Assembly (NCBI GenBank): GCA_012799645.1
Contig: JAAZKV010000018.1
Location: forward strand, 107,519 to 158,087
Direction of reading: 5' to 3'
DNA from: Candidatus Iainarchaeum sp.
Lineage (GTDB): Archaea; Iainarchaeota; Iainarchaeia; Iainarchaeales; JAAZKV01
Length of the DNA stretch: 50,569 nucleotides
Part shown: piece after piece, positions 38,245-48,411 of the stretch
How positions within the stretch are numbered: the stretch's first letter is position 1
How the letters are laid out: each line of letters begins with the position of its first letter
The notes under the pieces: model-generated
What the model was told of the DNA's origin: nothing
Databases searched by the model: none
Seen by the model: the letters and a program-made list of their open reading frames with translations, nothing else
Program-made: the position numbers and the translations under genes

Positions 38245-39483
38245 TTGTTCGCTAATTTAAAAAATTTTGATTCAGTTATTCATGATTTAATTCTTGCTGA
38301 AAAAGAGAGGCAAATGAGTGGGTTGGAATTAATTCCTAGTGAAAATTTGGTTTCTCCTGCAGTAATGGAGGCTCTTGCTTCTTACCCTGTAAATAAATAC
38401 GCGGAAGGTTATCCTGGGCATAGATATTATGGAGGAAACGAGGTTATTGATCAAATTGAACAATTAGCGATTGATAGAGCAAAAGAATTGTTTGGTGCGG
38501 AGCATGTTAATGTTCAACCAAACTCTGGTTCTCCAGCAAATATGGCAATGTATCAAGCTCTCCTAAAAGTCGGTGATAAAGCAATGGGACTAAAACTCAC
38601 CGAAGGTGGCCACTTGACTCACGGACATAAAGTAAATTTTTCAGGAAAACTATACAATTTTGTTCAATATGGGGTTGAGAAAGAAACAGAATTGCTTGAC
38701 TATGATAAAATAAGAAAACAAGTTCTTGAAGAAAAACCAAAACTATTATTATCAGGTTATACCGCGTATCCTCGTTCTATTGATTTTAAAGAGTTTAGAA
38801 ATATTTGTGACGAAGCAGGGTGTTTTTGTGTTGCGGACATTTCTCATATTGGGGGATTGTGTGCGAGCGGATTGCACGAGAACCCTGTTCCTTATTTTGA
38901 TGTAGTAACAACAACTACTCACAAAACATTGAGGGGTCCAAGATCAGCAATAATTATGTGCAAGGAAGAGTTTGCTAATAAAATAGATAAAGCAGTTTTT
39001 CCTGGTCTTCAAGGAGGGCCACACGAACACATAATTGCTGCTAAAGCAGTGGCGTTTAAAGAAGCTCTTGAATCAGATTTCAAAAAATACTCTGAACAAG
39101 TAGTAAAAAACGCCAAAGTTCTTGCAAGCGAGTTAATGAATTTTGGTTACAGGTTAGTTACTAATGGGACTGACAATCACTTAATTTTGGTTGATGTGAG
39201 AAAAAGCGGGATTAGTGGGAGTGAAGCGGAGAGTGTTCTTGAAAAAGCAGGGATTTATTGTAACAAAAACACTATTCCTTACGAAACAGGTTCTCCATGG
39301 GATCCGAGCGGAATAAGAATAGGAACACCGGTTCTAACAACAAGAGGAATGAAAGAAAACGAAATGAAAATAGTTGCAAGTTTCATTAACTCCGCACTCA
39401 ACTCAAAAAATGATGAAACAAAATTATCAAAAATAAAAAACGATGTGAAAGAATTTTGCAAAGATTATATTTTTTACAAATGA
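38245..39483 (+). CDS. glyA: Serine hydroxymethyltransferase (bacterial-type)
   Basis: LIPSEN, NKYAEGYPGHRYYGG, GGHLTHG, TTTTHKTLRGPR, FPGLQGGP. Confidence 0.97.
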   Translation: MFANLKNFDSVIHDLILAEKERQMSGLELIPSENLVSPAVMEALASYPVNKYAEGYPGHRYYGGNEVIDQIEQLAIDRAKELFGAEHVNVQPNSGSPANMAMYQALLKVGDKAMGLKLTEGGHLTHGHKVNFSGKLYNFVQYGVEKETELLDYDKIRKQVLEEKPKLLLSGYTAYPRSIDFKEFRNICDEAGCFCVADISHIGGLCASGLHENPVPYFDVVTTTTHKTLRGPRSAIIMCKEEFANKIDKAVFPGLQGGPHEHIIAAKAVAFKEALESDFKKYSEQVVKNAKVLASELMNFGYRLVTNGTDNHLILVDVRKSGISGSEAESVLEKAGIYCNKNTIPYETGSPWDPSGIRIGTPVLTTRGMKENEMKIVASFINSALNSKNDETKLSKIKNDVKEFCKDYIFYK

Positions 39484-39805
39484 ATTATGTTTTTTCACAT
39501 TTTTTATTTTATTTTTATTTTTTTTATTTTATTTTTATTTTTTTGTCCTTAATTGAATTTTTTTCCTAATTTTTTTAATTGTTTTTTTTAGTTTTTCTAA
39601 CTTTTTTTGTATTTGTTTTCCAATATTTTTTTAGTTTTTCTTTTTTTGTTTCTTTTTTGGTTTGTTTTTTGGTTTGTAGGAGTTTTTCAAGTAATCTTTA
39701 TAAACTACTTCGCGTTTGTTCTTTTTACATTTTGTTTTTTTAAATTTTTTTTTGAAAAAAGTTTTGTTTGTTTAGGATTTTGTTTTTTGCCGTAGAGTGA
39801 GTTTT

Positions 39806-42800
39806 ATGTCTTTACCAGTTTTTGTTACAAAAAGAGATGGTTCTCGTGTTTCTTTTAATTCAGAAAAGATCGCGGTAGCTATTTGGAAAGCAGTTGTTGC
39901 TGTTGGGGGTTCGGATAGAGAGAAAGCAAACAATATTGCAAAAATTGTGGTGGAAAAAATTGCTGAAAGATTTCCCAACCAAGAGAGTGTTGCTGTTGAA
40001 TCAATTCAAGATATTGTAGAAGAAATTTTGATTAAAGAGGGACATGATAAAACAGCCAAGGCGTATATTTTGTATCGTAATCAAAGAGAGTTGATGAGAA
40101 GAACAGAGGATATGGTGAATAATTTTGAAGTAGTTAATCAGTATATTACTCAAGAGGATTGGAGAGTTAAAGAAAATTCTAATATGGGTTATTCTTTACA
40201 AGGAATGAATTTCAATATTGCGGGTAGAGTGGTTTCTAATTATTGGTTGGGTAGAATTTATCCAAAAGAAATTGCAGAGGCACACAAATCAGCAGCTATT
40301 CATATTCACGATTTGGATATTTTGGCAACTTATTGTGTGGGTTGGGATTTGAAACAATTATTGATTGAAGGTTTTACTGGGGTGCGTGGTAAAGTTGCGT
40401 GTAAGCCCGCTAAACATTTCAGATCAGCGCTTGGTCAAATAGTGAATTTTTTTTACACTATGCAAGGAGAAGCAGCAGGGGCTCAAGCGTTTTCAAGCTT
40501 TGACACTTACTTAGCTCCGTTCATTAGGTATGATAATTTATCAGAAAAAGAAGTGGAGCAAGCATTACAAGAGTTTGTTTTTAATTGTGCAGTTCCAACA
40601 AGAGTAGGGTTTCAGTGTCCTTTCACTAATATTACTATGGATTTAGTTGTCCCTAAACACATTGCTAATGATCCAGTGATTATTGGTGGAAAAGCAATGG
40701 AAGCAACTTATGCCGATTTTCAAAAAGAAATGGATTTGTTGAATAGAGCATTTGCAAAAGTAATGACTGAAGGGGATGCGATCGGAAGGCCTTTTACTTT
40801 TCCAATCCCTACTTACAACATCACTCCTGATTTTGATTGGGATAATCCTAATTTGGATTCAGTGTGGGAAATGACAGCAAAGTATGGGATTCCTTATTTC
40901 GCCAATTTTGTTAATTCTGATATGAGTCCTGATGATGCGAGAAGTATGTGTCTTAGTGGGAGTGAATTCATTTTAGTTAAGATTAATGGTAAAATAAAAA
41001 ACACTACTATTTTTGAATTAGTATCAACTTTTGGGAGCGAAGGTTGGTGCGAGAATAAGTTTGATGTGCAGGCCCTTTCTTTGAATGAAAATTATTTAGT
41101 TGAGTGGGTTCCTATAAAAAATTTTTTAAAAACTAGGTTAACTGGTTTGGTACAAATTAGAACCGAAGATGGGAAACTGTTCAAAGCTTCTTCAAATCAC
41201 CCTGTTTCAGTTCTCACTCCGCAAGGAATAATTGAAAAAAATGCAAAAGACATTCAGTTAGGAGATTATTTATTAAGTTTAAAATCAGGAGAGGGTGTTT
41301 TAAATAAAGAGTATCAAAAAATAGGTTCCTATTCTCTTGATGAAGATTTAGCTTTCTTTTTAGGTTATTTTACTGCTGATGGGACTTACTTAAAAAAACC
41401 CCACTCTTCTTTATTGAGTGGAATGCAATTCACTTTCAATGCATTAACTTTAACTAATTTGGATAAAATAAAATCAATTTGTTTAAACAAGTTTAATTAT
41501 TCTTTGAAAGAGAAAAAGGACTCTCGATACAATTTGAATTATGGTTATTTTTATAATTCAGAATTAGCTAATTTATTTTTTAGTAATGGGTTTGAGAAAC
41601 ACGGAAAAGTTTCTTCCCTAATTTTTAACTCTCCTAAGAGTGTAATAAATTCTTTTTTAGAAGGGTTCTTTGCAGTGGGTGGTTATGCAAAAAAACAAGA
41701 GGTTCATATTAATGATAAAGTTCTTGCAAAAGAATTAGTTTTATTATATTCTTTAATAGGAAAACCTGTTTTTTTCAAAGAGCGAGAAAATTCTCAAGTA
41801 ATTAGATTAATGCATAAGAAAGGTAATTTGAATAAGAGTGAGTTAGGTGTTAATTGTTTGGATGAGTTAGTTTTAGGATTGAACAAGAGTGGAATGGTTG
41901 GTTTGGCCTCAATTCAAAAATACTCTACTCAAACAAAATTATTCAAAAAAATACGACAAGGTGCTTTTTATCCTGTAAGAGTTTGTGAAATAATTGAATC
42001 AAATAATACTGAAGATTTTTTTGATGTTGAATTGGAAAGAAACCACAGGTTTGTTCATTCACTTGGATCAATAACCCATAATTGTTGCAGATTGCGTTTG
42101 GATAATAGAGTGTTGAATAAAAGAGGGGGTGGATTGTTTGGAGCTAATCCTTTAACAGGAAGTATTGGAGTGGTTACAATTAATTTACCAAGAATTGGTT
42201 TTTTATCAAAAACCGAAGAAGAGTATTTTAACACTCTTAGTCACTTAATGGATTTAGCAAAAGATTCTTTAGTGATTAAAAGAAAAACAATTGAAAGATT
42301 AACAAACCAAGGGTTGTATCCTTATTCTTCTTTTTATTTAAGAGGAGTAAAAGAAATTACTGGTTCTTATTGGGCAAATCATTTTTCAACAATTGGATTG
42401 CTTGGAATGAATGAATCATTAATTAATTTTTTAGGAAAAGATATTACTTCAAGAGAAGGGCATGCGTTTGCAGTTAAGGTTCTAAATTTTATGAGGGATA
42501 AAATTCAAGAGTATCAAAATGAAACAGGGGATGTTTTTAATTTAGAAGCAACTCCTGGTGAAGGAACTGCGAGAAGATTTGCTTGGTCAGATAAAAAACA
42601 ATTCCCTACTATTGTGGTAGCGAACGAGAGTGCTTTTAAGAACAAAAATGCTGCTCCATATTATACAAATTCTTCACAACTCCCAGTAAATTACACTGCT
42701 GATTTATTCAAAGCACTGGATTTACAAGATCCTCTTCAAACCCTTTACACTGGGGGAACAGTTTTTCACATTTTTTTAGGAGAAAAAGCCCCTTCAAAAG

Positions 42801-42946
42801 AAGCAGCAAAACAATTAATTAAAAAAATAACTAACAATTACAAAATGCCTTACTTTTCTCTAACCCCAAGCTTTAGTATTTGTCCAATCCACGGATATAT
42901 TAGTGGAGAACACGAGTATTGTCCAATTTGTGACAAAGAAAATTAA
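39806..42946 (+). CDS. nrdD: Anaerobic (class III) ribonucleoside-triphosphate reductase, intein-containing, lacking the glycyl-radical C-terminus
   Basis: ATP cone KRDG, HIHDL..YC, RSM|intein|CCRL, NLEATPGEG, YYTNS, YTGGTVFH; ends after Zn site CPIHG..CPIC. Confidence 0.95.
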   Translation: MSLPVFVTKRDGSRVSFNSEKIAVAIWKAVVAVGGSDREKANNIAKIVVEKIAERFPNQESVAVESIQDIVEEILIKEGHDKTAKAYILYRNQRELMRRTEDMVNNFEVVNQYITQEDWRVKENSNMGYSLQGMNFNIAGRVVSNYWLGRIYPKEIAEAHKSAAIHIHDLDILATYCVGWDLKQLLIEGFTGVRGKVACKPAKHFRSALGQIVNFFYTMQGEAAGAQAFSSFDTYLAPFIRYDNLSEKEVEQALQEFVFNCAVPTRVGFQCPFTNITMDLVVPKHIANDPVIIGGKAMEATYADFQKEMDLLNRAFAKVMTEGDAIGRPFTFPIPTYNITPDFDWDNPNLDSVWEMTAKYGIPYFANFVNSDMSPDDARSMCLSGSEFILVKINGKIKNTTIFELVSTFGSEGWCENKFDVQALSLNENYLVEWVPIKNFLKTRLTGLVQIRTEDGKLFKASSNHPVSVLTPQGIIEKNAKDIQLGDYLLSLKSGEGVLNKEYQKIGSYSLDEDLAFFLGYFTADGTYLKKPHSSLLSGMQFTFNALTLTNLDKIKSICLNKFNYSLKEKKDSRYNLNYGYFYNSELANLFFSNGFEKHGKVSSLIFNSPKSVINSFLEGFFAVGGYAKKQEVHINDKVLAKELVLLYSLIGKPVFFKERENSQVIRLMHKKGNLNKSELGVNCLDELVLGLNKSGMVGLASIQKYSTQTKLFKKIRQGAFYPVRVCEIIESNNTEDFFDVELERNHRFVHSLGSITHNCCRLRLDNRVLNKRGGGLFGANPLTGSIGVVTINLPRIGFLSKTEEEYFNTLSHLMDLAKDSLVIKRKTIERLTNQGLYPYSSFYLRGVKEITGSYWANHFSTIGLLGMNESLINFLGKDITSREGHAFAVKVLNFMRDKIQEYQNETGDVFNLEATPGEGTARRFAWSDKKQFPTIVVANESAFKNKNAAPYYTNSSQLPVNYTADLFKALDLQDPLQTLYTGGTVFHIFLGEKAPSKEAAKQLIKKITNNYKMPYFSLTPSFSICPIHGYISGEHEYCPICDKEN
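40949..42082 (+). mobile_element. Intein (378 aa) with LAGLIDADG domain in NrdD
   Basis: RSM|CLSGSE, block B SSNHPV, FLGYFTADG, LEGFFAVGG, GSITHN|C. Confidence 0.94.
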
Positions 42947-42975
42947 ATGATGGAAATTATATGGCGGAAAATGGG

Positions 42976-43017
42976 GGAAATTAAATATTGGAAATTAAAT
43001 ATTGGAAATTAAATGGG
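42976..43017. repeat. 14-bp tandem repeat x3 (GGAAATTAAATATT) in the nrdD spacer
   Basis: Two exact copies plus one ending TGGG; further degenerate repeats to about 43150. Confidence 0.75.
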
Positions 43018-43285
43018 GGTAATTGAATAGGAGAAATTAAAGAGGATAAGTGTTTGTGGATAATTGAATGAGGATAAGTAAATGGAGATAATTAAGTTAT
43101 GAAAAAGTTTGTGTGGGAATTATTGGAAAATTAAATTATGAAAAAGTTTATGAAAAATTAATTAGTGAAAAAATTATTATGGAATTAAATTATTGAGGAA
43201 TTATTTAGTGAAAATATTTTGTGGAATAGTTTAATGTAATATTAGTGCGTGAATTTTAAATTTATTTTTAAAGGAGTGATTTAGT

Positions 43286-43438
43286 ATGGTTAAAACAAAA
43301 TGTGAAGTGTATAGTAGAGTGGTTGGTTATATTAGGCCAATTAGTAATTGGAATGACTCAAAGCAGGCCGAGTTTAGTGATCGGTTGAAATTTGATTCTT
43401 CAATGAAATCCGACAATCAATCAAAATTAAAGTGTTGA
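43286..43438 (+). CDS. Stand-alone NrdD glycyl-radical domain peptide (50 aa; not in ORF track)
   Basis: MVKTKCEVYSRVVGYIRPISNWNDSKQAEFSDRLKF...; RVxGY glycyl-radical motif; own SD AAGGAGTGA. Confidence 0.93.
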   Translation: MVKTKCEVYSRVVGYIRPISNWNDSKQAEFSDRLKFDSSMKSDNQSKLKC

Positions 43439-43472
43439 ATTGTTAAATTGATATTTGGTTTTGGTGGGTTTT

Positions 43473-44171
43473 GTGTTCATTGGAGGGTTGCAAGAATTAA
43501 CTCTTACAGATTTTCCTGACAAAGTGGCGTGTATTGTTTTTTTAGTTAATTGTAATTTCAAATGCAAGTTTTGTTATAATAAAGAATTAACCTCCACTAG
43601 TTTTTTTAAAAAAAGTAAAAGGAAATTGATTCCTGATAATGATTTTTTTTTGTTTCTTGATTCAAAAAAGAAAATGCTTGATGGGGTGGTGATTACTGGG
43701 GGAGAACCCACTCTTTCTCCTGGTCTAGTTGAGTTTGTAAAAAAAATTAAACAAAAAGGATTTTTAGTAAAACTTGATACTAATGGTTCAAACCCTGTTG
43801 TTTTGGAAAAATTGTTGAAAAAAAATTTGGTGGATTATGTTGCAATGGATTTGAAGTCTCCTGAAAAAAAACACAAATTTATTACTCAATCAAGTGTTCC
43901 TTTTTCAAAAATAAAAGAATCAATTTTTATTTTAAAAAACTCGGGTGTTTTGCACGAGTTTAGAACCACTTTGTATCCTAGACTATCAATTGAGGATTTA
44001 AAAGAAATGAGCGAATTAATAGTTGGTGAGAGGTGGTTTTTGCAACAATTTGTCGGAAAAAATGTTTTGGACAAAAACTCTCGTCATCTCCGCGCTTTTA
44101 ATAACAAAAAATTGGAAAAAATTTTGAAAGAATTAAATAAAATCACCAAAGTTTCAGTTAGGGGTTATTAA
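43473..44171 (+). CDS. nrdG: Anaerobic RNR activating radical SAM enzyme
   Basis: CNFKCKFCYN, GVVITGGEPT, VKLDTNG, DYVAMDLK, EFRTT. Confidence 0.93.
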   Translation: MFIGGLQELTLTDFPDKVACIVFLVNCNFKCKFCYNKELTSTSFFKKSKRKLIPDNDFFLFLDSKKKMLDGVVITGGEPTLSPGLVEFVKKIKQKGFLVKLDTNGSNPVVLEKLLKKNLVDYVAMDLKSPEKKHKFITQSSVPFSKIKESIFILKNSGVLHEFRTTLYPRLSIEDLKEMSELIVGERWFLQQFVGKNVLDKNSRHLRAFNNKKLEKILKELNKITKVSVRGY

Positions 44172-44261
44172 GGGTTATTTTTTGTTTTTTGTTTTTTTTT
44201 GTTTTTCAAATATTTTTTTATTGGTTAAGGGTTTTTAATAAGTAGTGGGGTTGTTTTTGTT

Positions 44262-44837
44262 ATGTTAATTGGTGTTGTTGGATTGAATGGGTCAGGGAAG
44301 GACACTTTCGCTTCTTATTTAGTTGAAAAATATGGTTTTCTTCATAAGGATTTTGGTCAAGAGATTAGGGATGAGCTTAAAAGTTTGGGCAAAAATTTTT
44401 TGGACAGAATTGAAATGATTAATTTGGGTAATGAGAGGAGGAAAATGTTTGGGGCTGATTATTGGGCTAAGCGTTTACTTAAAGGTTATTCAAAAAACAA
44501 AAAATTGGTTTTGTCTTCAGTGAGAAATCCTGCCGAAGCAGAAACAATTATTTCTAACGGGGGAATTATTGTAGAAGTTTTTGCGAGTATTGAAACAAGG
44601 TTTAAACGAACTGTTGCGAGAGTAAAAAAAGATCCTGCGTATAAACACGGAGATATTGTTTTTGAGGATTTTAAAAATAAAGAATTGCTTGAAATGAAAA
44701 ACCCTGATCCTACAAAACAACAAACACTAAAATGTATTTCAATGGCTAAACACAAAGTTGATAATAATGGATCAATTAAGGAATTCCAAAAAAGAATTGA
44801 CGAGTTAATGAATGAATTAATGTATTCAACAAATTAA
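44262..44837 (+). CDS. P-loop nucleotide kinase (dephospho-CoA/dNMP kinase-like)
   Basis: GLNGSGKDT, GNERRK, VRNPAEAE, NNGSIKEF. Confidence 0.8.
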   Translation: MLIGVVGLNGSGKDTFASYLVEKYGFLHKDFGQEIRDELKSLGKNFLDRIEMINLGNERRKMFGADYWAKRLLKGYSKNKKLVLSSVRNPAEAETIISNGGIIVEVFASIETRFKRTVARVKKDPAYKHGDIVFEDFKNKELLEMKNPDPTKQQTLKCISMAKHKVDNNGSIKEFQKRIDELMNELMYSTN

Positions 44838-44892
44838 CAAATTTGTTGAGTTAATGAAATTGGTGGATTTTAGTATCTCTTTTTCTTTTTGT

Positions 44893-46170
44893 TTAGTTTT
44901 TCAATATTTCTTTAACAATTATTTCATTAGCTCCTAAGAATTTGTTTTCTTTTACATATCCTTTGAGTTTTATTGTTTTGTTTATTTTATTTTTTGATAT
45001 TTGTTCAAGTATTTCTTCAGTGCTTTTGTTTTCTAGGTTTTTGTTAAATTCTTCTTCGTTGGTTTCAATAAATTCTAGTGCTTGTTCTCCAAACATAGTG
45101 ATTTGTGTTTCGTTTGTCTCATCATTGATTATTGCTGATAATACGGGGTTTTGTTTTCCGCTTATTTCTCCGCACTTGTCACAATACACTCCGTTTTCTG
45201 TTTTTGTTGCTTTTTTGTTACATTTTTCACAAACCAAGTATGCTAGTTTTCCTGTGGATATTTTTACAATTTTTCCTTCCACAACAACGTTATCTCTTTC
45301 ATTTAGTTGGTTTAGTTTTTTTTCTAAATACTGTGTAGTGTCAGTTTGGTTTATTGTGTTTATTTCTTTTTCACTTTTTTTAATTTCGGATGTGTATCCT
45401 AAGTGTAGTTCTGTTCCAAACCTTCCTTCTTTTGTGTAAGCGTTAGTTATTTCTATTATATCTCCTTCTGAAAAATTATCAATTATTGTTGCTTTATCAT
45501 TCCACGCACTTGCTTTTATTATTGCGTTCTCATCCCCTAGTTGGAATGAACACACTTTTCCTTTTCTTTCACTATTTTCAAATTCTGTGCAAGGGAATTT
45601 TCTAATTATTTTTCCAAAAATATTCACATTACTCATTCCTGCTTTTAGTTCAGTGCTTTTTTTGTATTCAGTTTCGTTTTCTTTTATTGTTTTTACTTTT
45701 CCTCCAAACCCGAGCGAAATTTGGTTTTTATCATTGTAGGTTGTAACAATTAGGTTTGTTATTACTACTTCGTTTCCTTGTTTTATTTTGTTTTCTTCTA
45801 TTTGGTCATTCCATAGTGTTCCTCTAATTTCTCCCGTGTTGTCACTTATAATAAAGTTTTGCAGTTTTCCTTTTTTTCCATTTTTTTCAAATTCTTTTAT
45901 TGGATAAATTAGCTCTATTTTTCCTTCAATTTCTATTCCTTTTTTTCCTTCGCTTAACTCACTGATTTTTAATCGTTCATTTTGTTCTTTTAGTATCCCT
46001 AGTTCTTTTTTTACTAAATCTATTGCTGCTTCTTCTGTTAATAGCCCTGCGTATTTTTCTGTATTTGCATTAACCATTTTTTTTATTTCTTCGCTAGTTT
46101 TGTTTGTTGTTTTTGCAATTTCGTTGATTTGGTTTTCAATAGTTGTTTGGTCCATATTAATTTTGTTCAT
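44893..46170 (-). CDS. rpa: Replication protein A (three OB folds with Zn finger)
   Basis: GLLTEEAA N-domain; DNTGEIRGTLW, DENAIIKASAW; CEKC..CDKC. Confidence 0.9.
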   Translation of the reverse strand: MNKINMDQTTIENQINEIAKTTNKTSEEIKKMVNANTEKYAGLLTEEAAIDLVKKELGILKEQNERLKISELSEGKKGIEIEGKIELIYPIKEFEKNGKKGKLQNFIISDNTGEIRGTLWNDQIEENKIKQGNEVVITNLIVTTYNDKNQISLGFGGKVKTIKENETEYKKSTELKAGMSNVNIFGKIIRKFPCTEFENSERKGKVCSFQLGDENAIIKASAWNDKATIIDNFSEGDIIEITNAYTKEGRFGTELHLGYTSEIKKSEKEINTINQTDTTQYLEKKLNQLNERDNVVVEGKIVKISTGKLAYLVCEKCNKKATKTENGVYCDKCGEISGKQNPVLSAIINDETNETQITMFGEQALEFIETNEEEFNKNLENKSTEEILEQISKNKINKTIKLKGYVKENKFLGANEIIVKEILKN

Positions 46171-46314
46171 ACAAGGATTTTTATAATCTTTCCAAAAAAA
46201 TCTTTTTTTATTTAATTTTTTGTATTTTTTTGTTCAATTTTTTTCAATTGAAAGGGTTTTTATACACGTTTTTTCTTATAGTTGTTATTAATTTGTTGAA
46301 AATTAGTGGTTTTT

Positions 46315-47091
46315 ATGGAACAAGGGAAAGTGTATTCAAAATTATTATCTCAATTAAAAGAGGAAGCGGGTCAACTTTTTTTGATTATTGACCCTCCTAA
46401 CCAATCCCCTAAAGAAGCTGGTAAAATAGCCAAAATTGCTGAAAATGTTGGGGCTAGCGCTATTGGGGTGGGTGGTTCTTTGGGCGCTCAAGGAAAATTA
46501 CTTGATGATACTTTGATTGAAATTAAAGATAATTCAAAACTTCCCACAATTCTTTTCCCTGGCAATATTGCTACTTTATCAAAAGAAGCTGACGCGATTT
46601 ATTTTATGTCAATGTTGAATAGTAATGATCCTTACTATATTTCAGGAGCTCAAGTTGCTAGCGCTTTTCCAATAAAAAAAATGGGTATTGAAGTAATCCC
46701 AACTTCTTATCTTATTGTTGAACCAGGAAGAGCGGTTGGTTTTATGGGCAGAGCGCAATTGATTCCTAGAAATATTCCTTACTTGGCCGCCGCTAATGCT
46801 TTAGCAGGAGAGTTTTTGGGTTCAAAGATTGTTATTTTAGAATCAGGTGGAGGAGCAGATGCTCCGGCTACAAAAGAAATGATTTCTGTTACAAAAAAAT
46901 CAATTTCCATTCCTCTAGTTGTTGCTGGCGGGGTGAGAACTCCCGAATATGCTTTTGATTGTATTTCAAGCGGAGCAGATATTGTTCACGTTGGTTCTGC
47001 TATAGAAAAAGCAGGTTCAGAAAAAGAAGCACAAAACAGATTAAAAAAATTAGTTGATGCTGTAAGAAAAGGAGCAAAAGCAAAAAAATAA
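46315..47091 (+). CDS. Geranylgeranylglyceryl phosphate synthase
   Basis: LIIDP, VGGS, PTILFPG, ADAIYFMSMLNS, YLIVEPG, LESGGGA, VAGGVR. Confidence 0.93.
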   Translation: MEQGKVYSKLLSQLKEEAGQLFLIIDPPNQSPKEAGKIAKIAENVGASAIGVGGSLGAQGKLLDDTLIEIKDNSKLPTILFPGNIATLSKEADAIYFMSMLNSNDPYYISGAQVASAFPIKKMGIEVIPTSYLIVEPGRAVGFMGRAQLIPRNIPYLAAANALAGEFLGSKIVILESGGGADAPATKEMISVTKKSISIPLVVAGGVRTPEYAFDCISSGADIVHVGSAIEKAGSEKEAQNRLKKLVDAVRKGAKAKK

Positions 47092-47315
47092 TTTCTCACA
47101 ATTTTATTTGTGTGTTTTTTATTTTTGTAATTCTTTTTTTTGTTTATTTTTTTTGTTAATTATTTTTTATTATTTTTTTTATTTTTTGTTTTATTTTGTT
47201 TGTTTTTTTAATTATGTTATAATTAGTTTTTTTTATTGTTTGTTTTTTTTAATTGTTTTTTTTCATTTTATTTTTTTATTGTTTTTTTGTTTTAGTTTTT
47301 ATTTTCATTTTTTTT

Positions 47316-48191
47316 TTAATTTAATTTTAGTTCAATTATTGTTTTTTTTATGTGTTCTTCTAGTTTTTGTTTTTGTTTGTATCCTAGTTTTTGTATTTTT
47401 TTGGTGCAATAGTTTCTTTCTTTTCCTAAGTGTCTTATGTTTTCTTTTGTTAGGGTTTTTGATTTAATTATTTTTCCAAAAATTTCTCCAACCCAACTTG
47501 GCACATGTTTCATTTTTGTGTTTTTCATTCCTAAGTGTTTTTTTGAGAGTTCGCAAAATTTGTTTAAAGTAATTTTTTCTTTACACGCTACTAAGTATGT
47601 TTCTCCACATTTTCCTTTTTTGATTAGTAATTCGATCGCGTTTATTAGTTCATTTATTGGAGTTATTTGGAATGTGTTTTCTCCTTTTAGTGGGAGTGGG
47701 AATTCTTTTTTTAGCATTAAAAACATTTTTTGCCAGTAATAGTTTGATCCAAATATCATTGCACTTCTTATTATGTTTATACAAATTTTTTCTTGTTGTG
47801 CAAGGAGTATTTTTTCCGCTTCCAGTTTGCTTTTTTCGTAATTGTTTTCAGGGTTTGTTTTTGTTTTTTCACTAATTTTTCCGTTTGGACATCCGTACAC
47901 TCCGGTTGAGCTTAAAAAAATTATTTTTTTCACTTTTTGTTTTATTGCTTCTTCCACCAAATTTTTTGTTCCTTTTACATTCACTTCCCATAAATCAGGG
48001 TTTTCATTTTCAACAATTGCTGCTAAGTGTATTATTACATCAATTCCTTTTAGTGATTCAAATAGTTCTCCTTTGTCAAGAATATTTTTTCCTTCTTTTG
48101 AATCATACTTTATTATAGTGTGTTTTTTTTGAAGAACTTTCACTAGTTCAGTTCCTAAAAAACCGCTTGTTCCTGTTATTAGTATTTTCAT
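47316..48191 (-). CDS. NAD-dependent epimerase/dehydratase (extended SDR)
   Basis: ITGTSGFLG, IHLAA, SSTGVYG, YEKSK. Confidence 0.92.
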   Translation of the reverse strand: MKILITGTSGFLGTELVKVLQKKHTIIKYDSKEGKNILDKGELFESLKGIDVIIHLAAIVENENPDLWEVNVKGTKNLVEEAIKQKVKKIIFLSSTGVYGCPNGKISEKTKTNPENNYEKSKLEAEKILLAQQEKICINIIRSAMIFGSNYYWQKMFLMLKKEFPLPLKGENTFQITPINELINAIELLIKKGKCGETYLVACKEKITLNKFCELSKKHLGMKNTKMKHVPSWVGEIFGKIIKSKTLTKENIRHLGKERNYCTKKIQKLGYKQKQKLEEHIKKTIIELKLN

Positions 48192-48411
48192 ACTTATTAT
48201 TGATTTTTAGTTTTTTTAAACTTGCTTATGCAGTTTTTTTAATTCTTTTTTTGAATTTTTTTTGTTTAGGTTTGTATTTATTTTTTTTAATTTAATTTTT
48301 ATTGTTTTTTATTTTCTTGTTTTTTGTTTTATTTTGTTTGTTTTTTTAATTATTTTATAATTAGTTTTTTTCTTTTTTTTGTTTCTCATTTTCACATTTT
48401 TTTTATTAATT

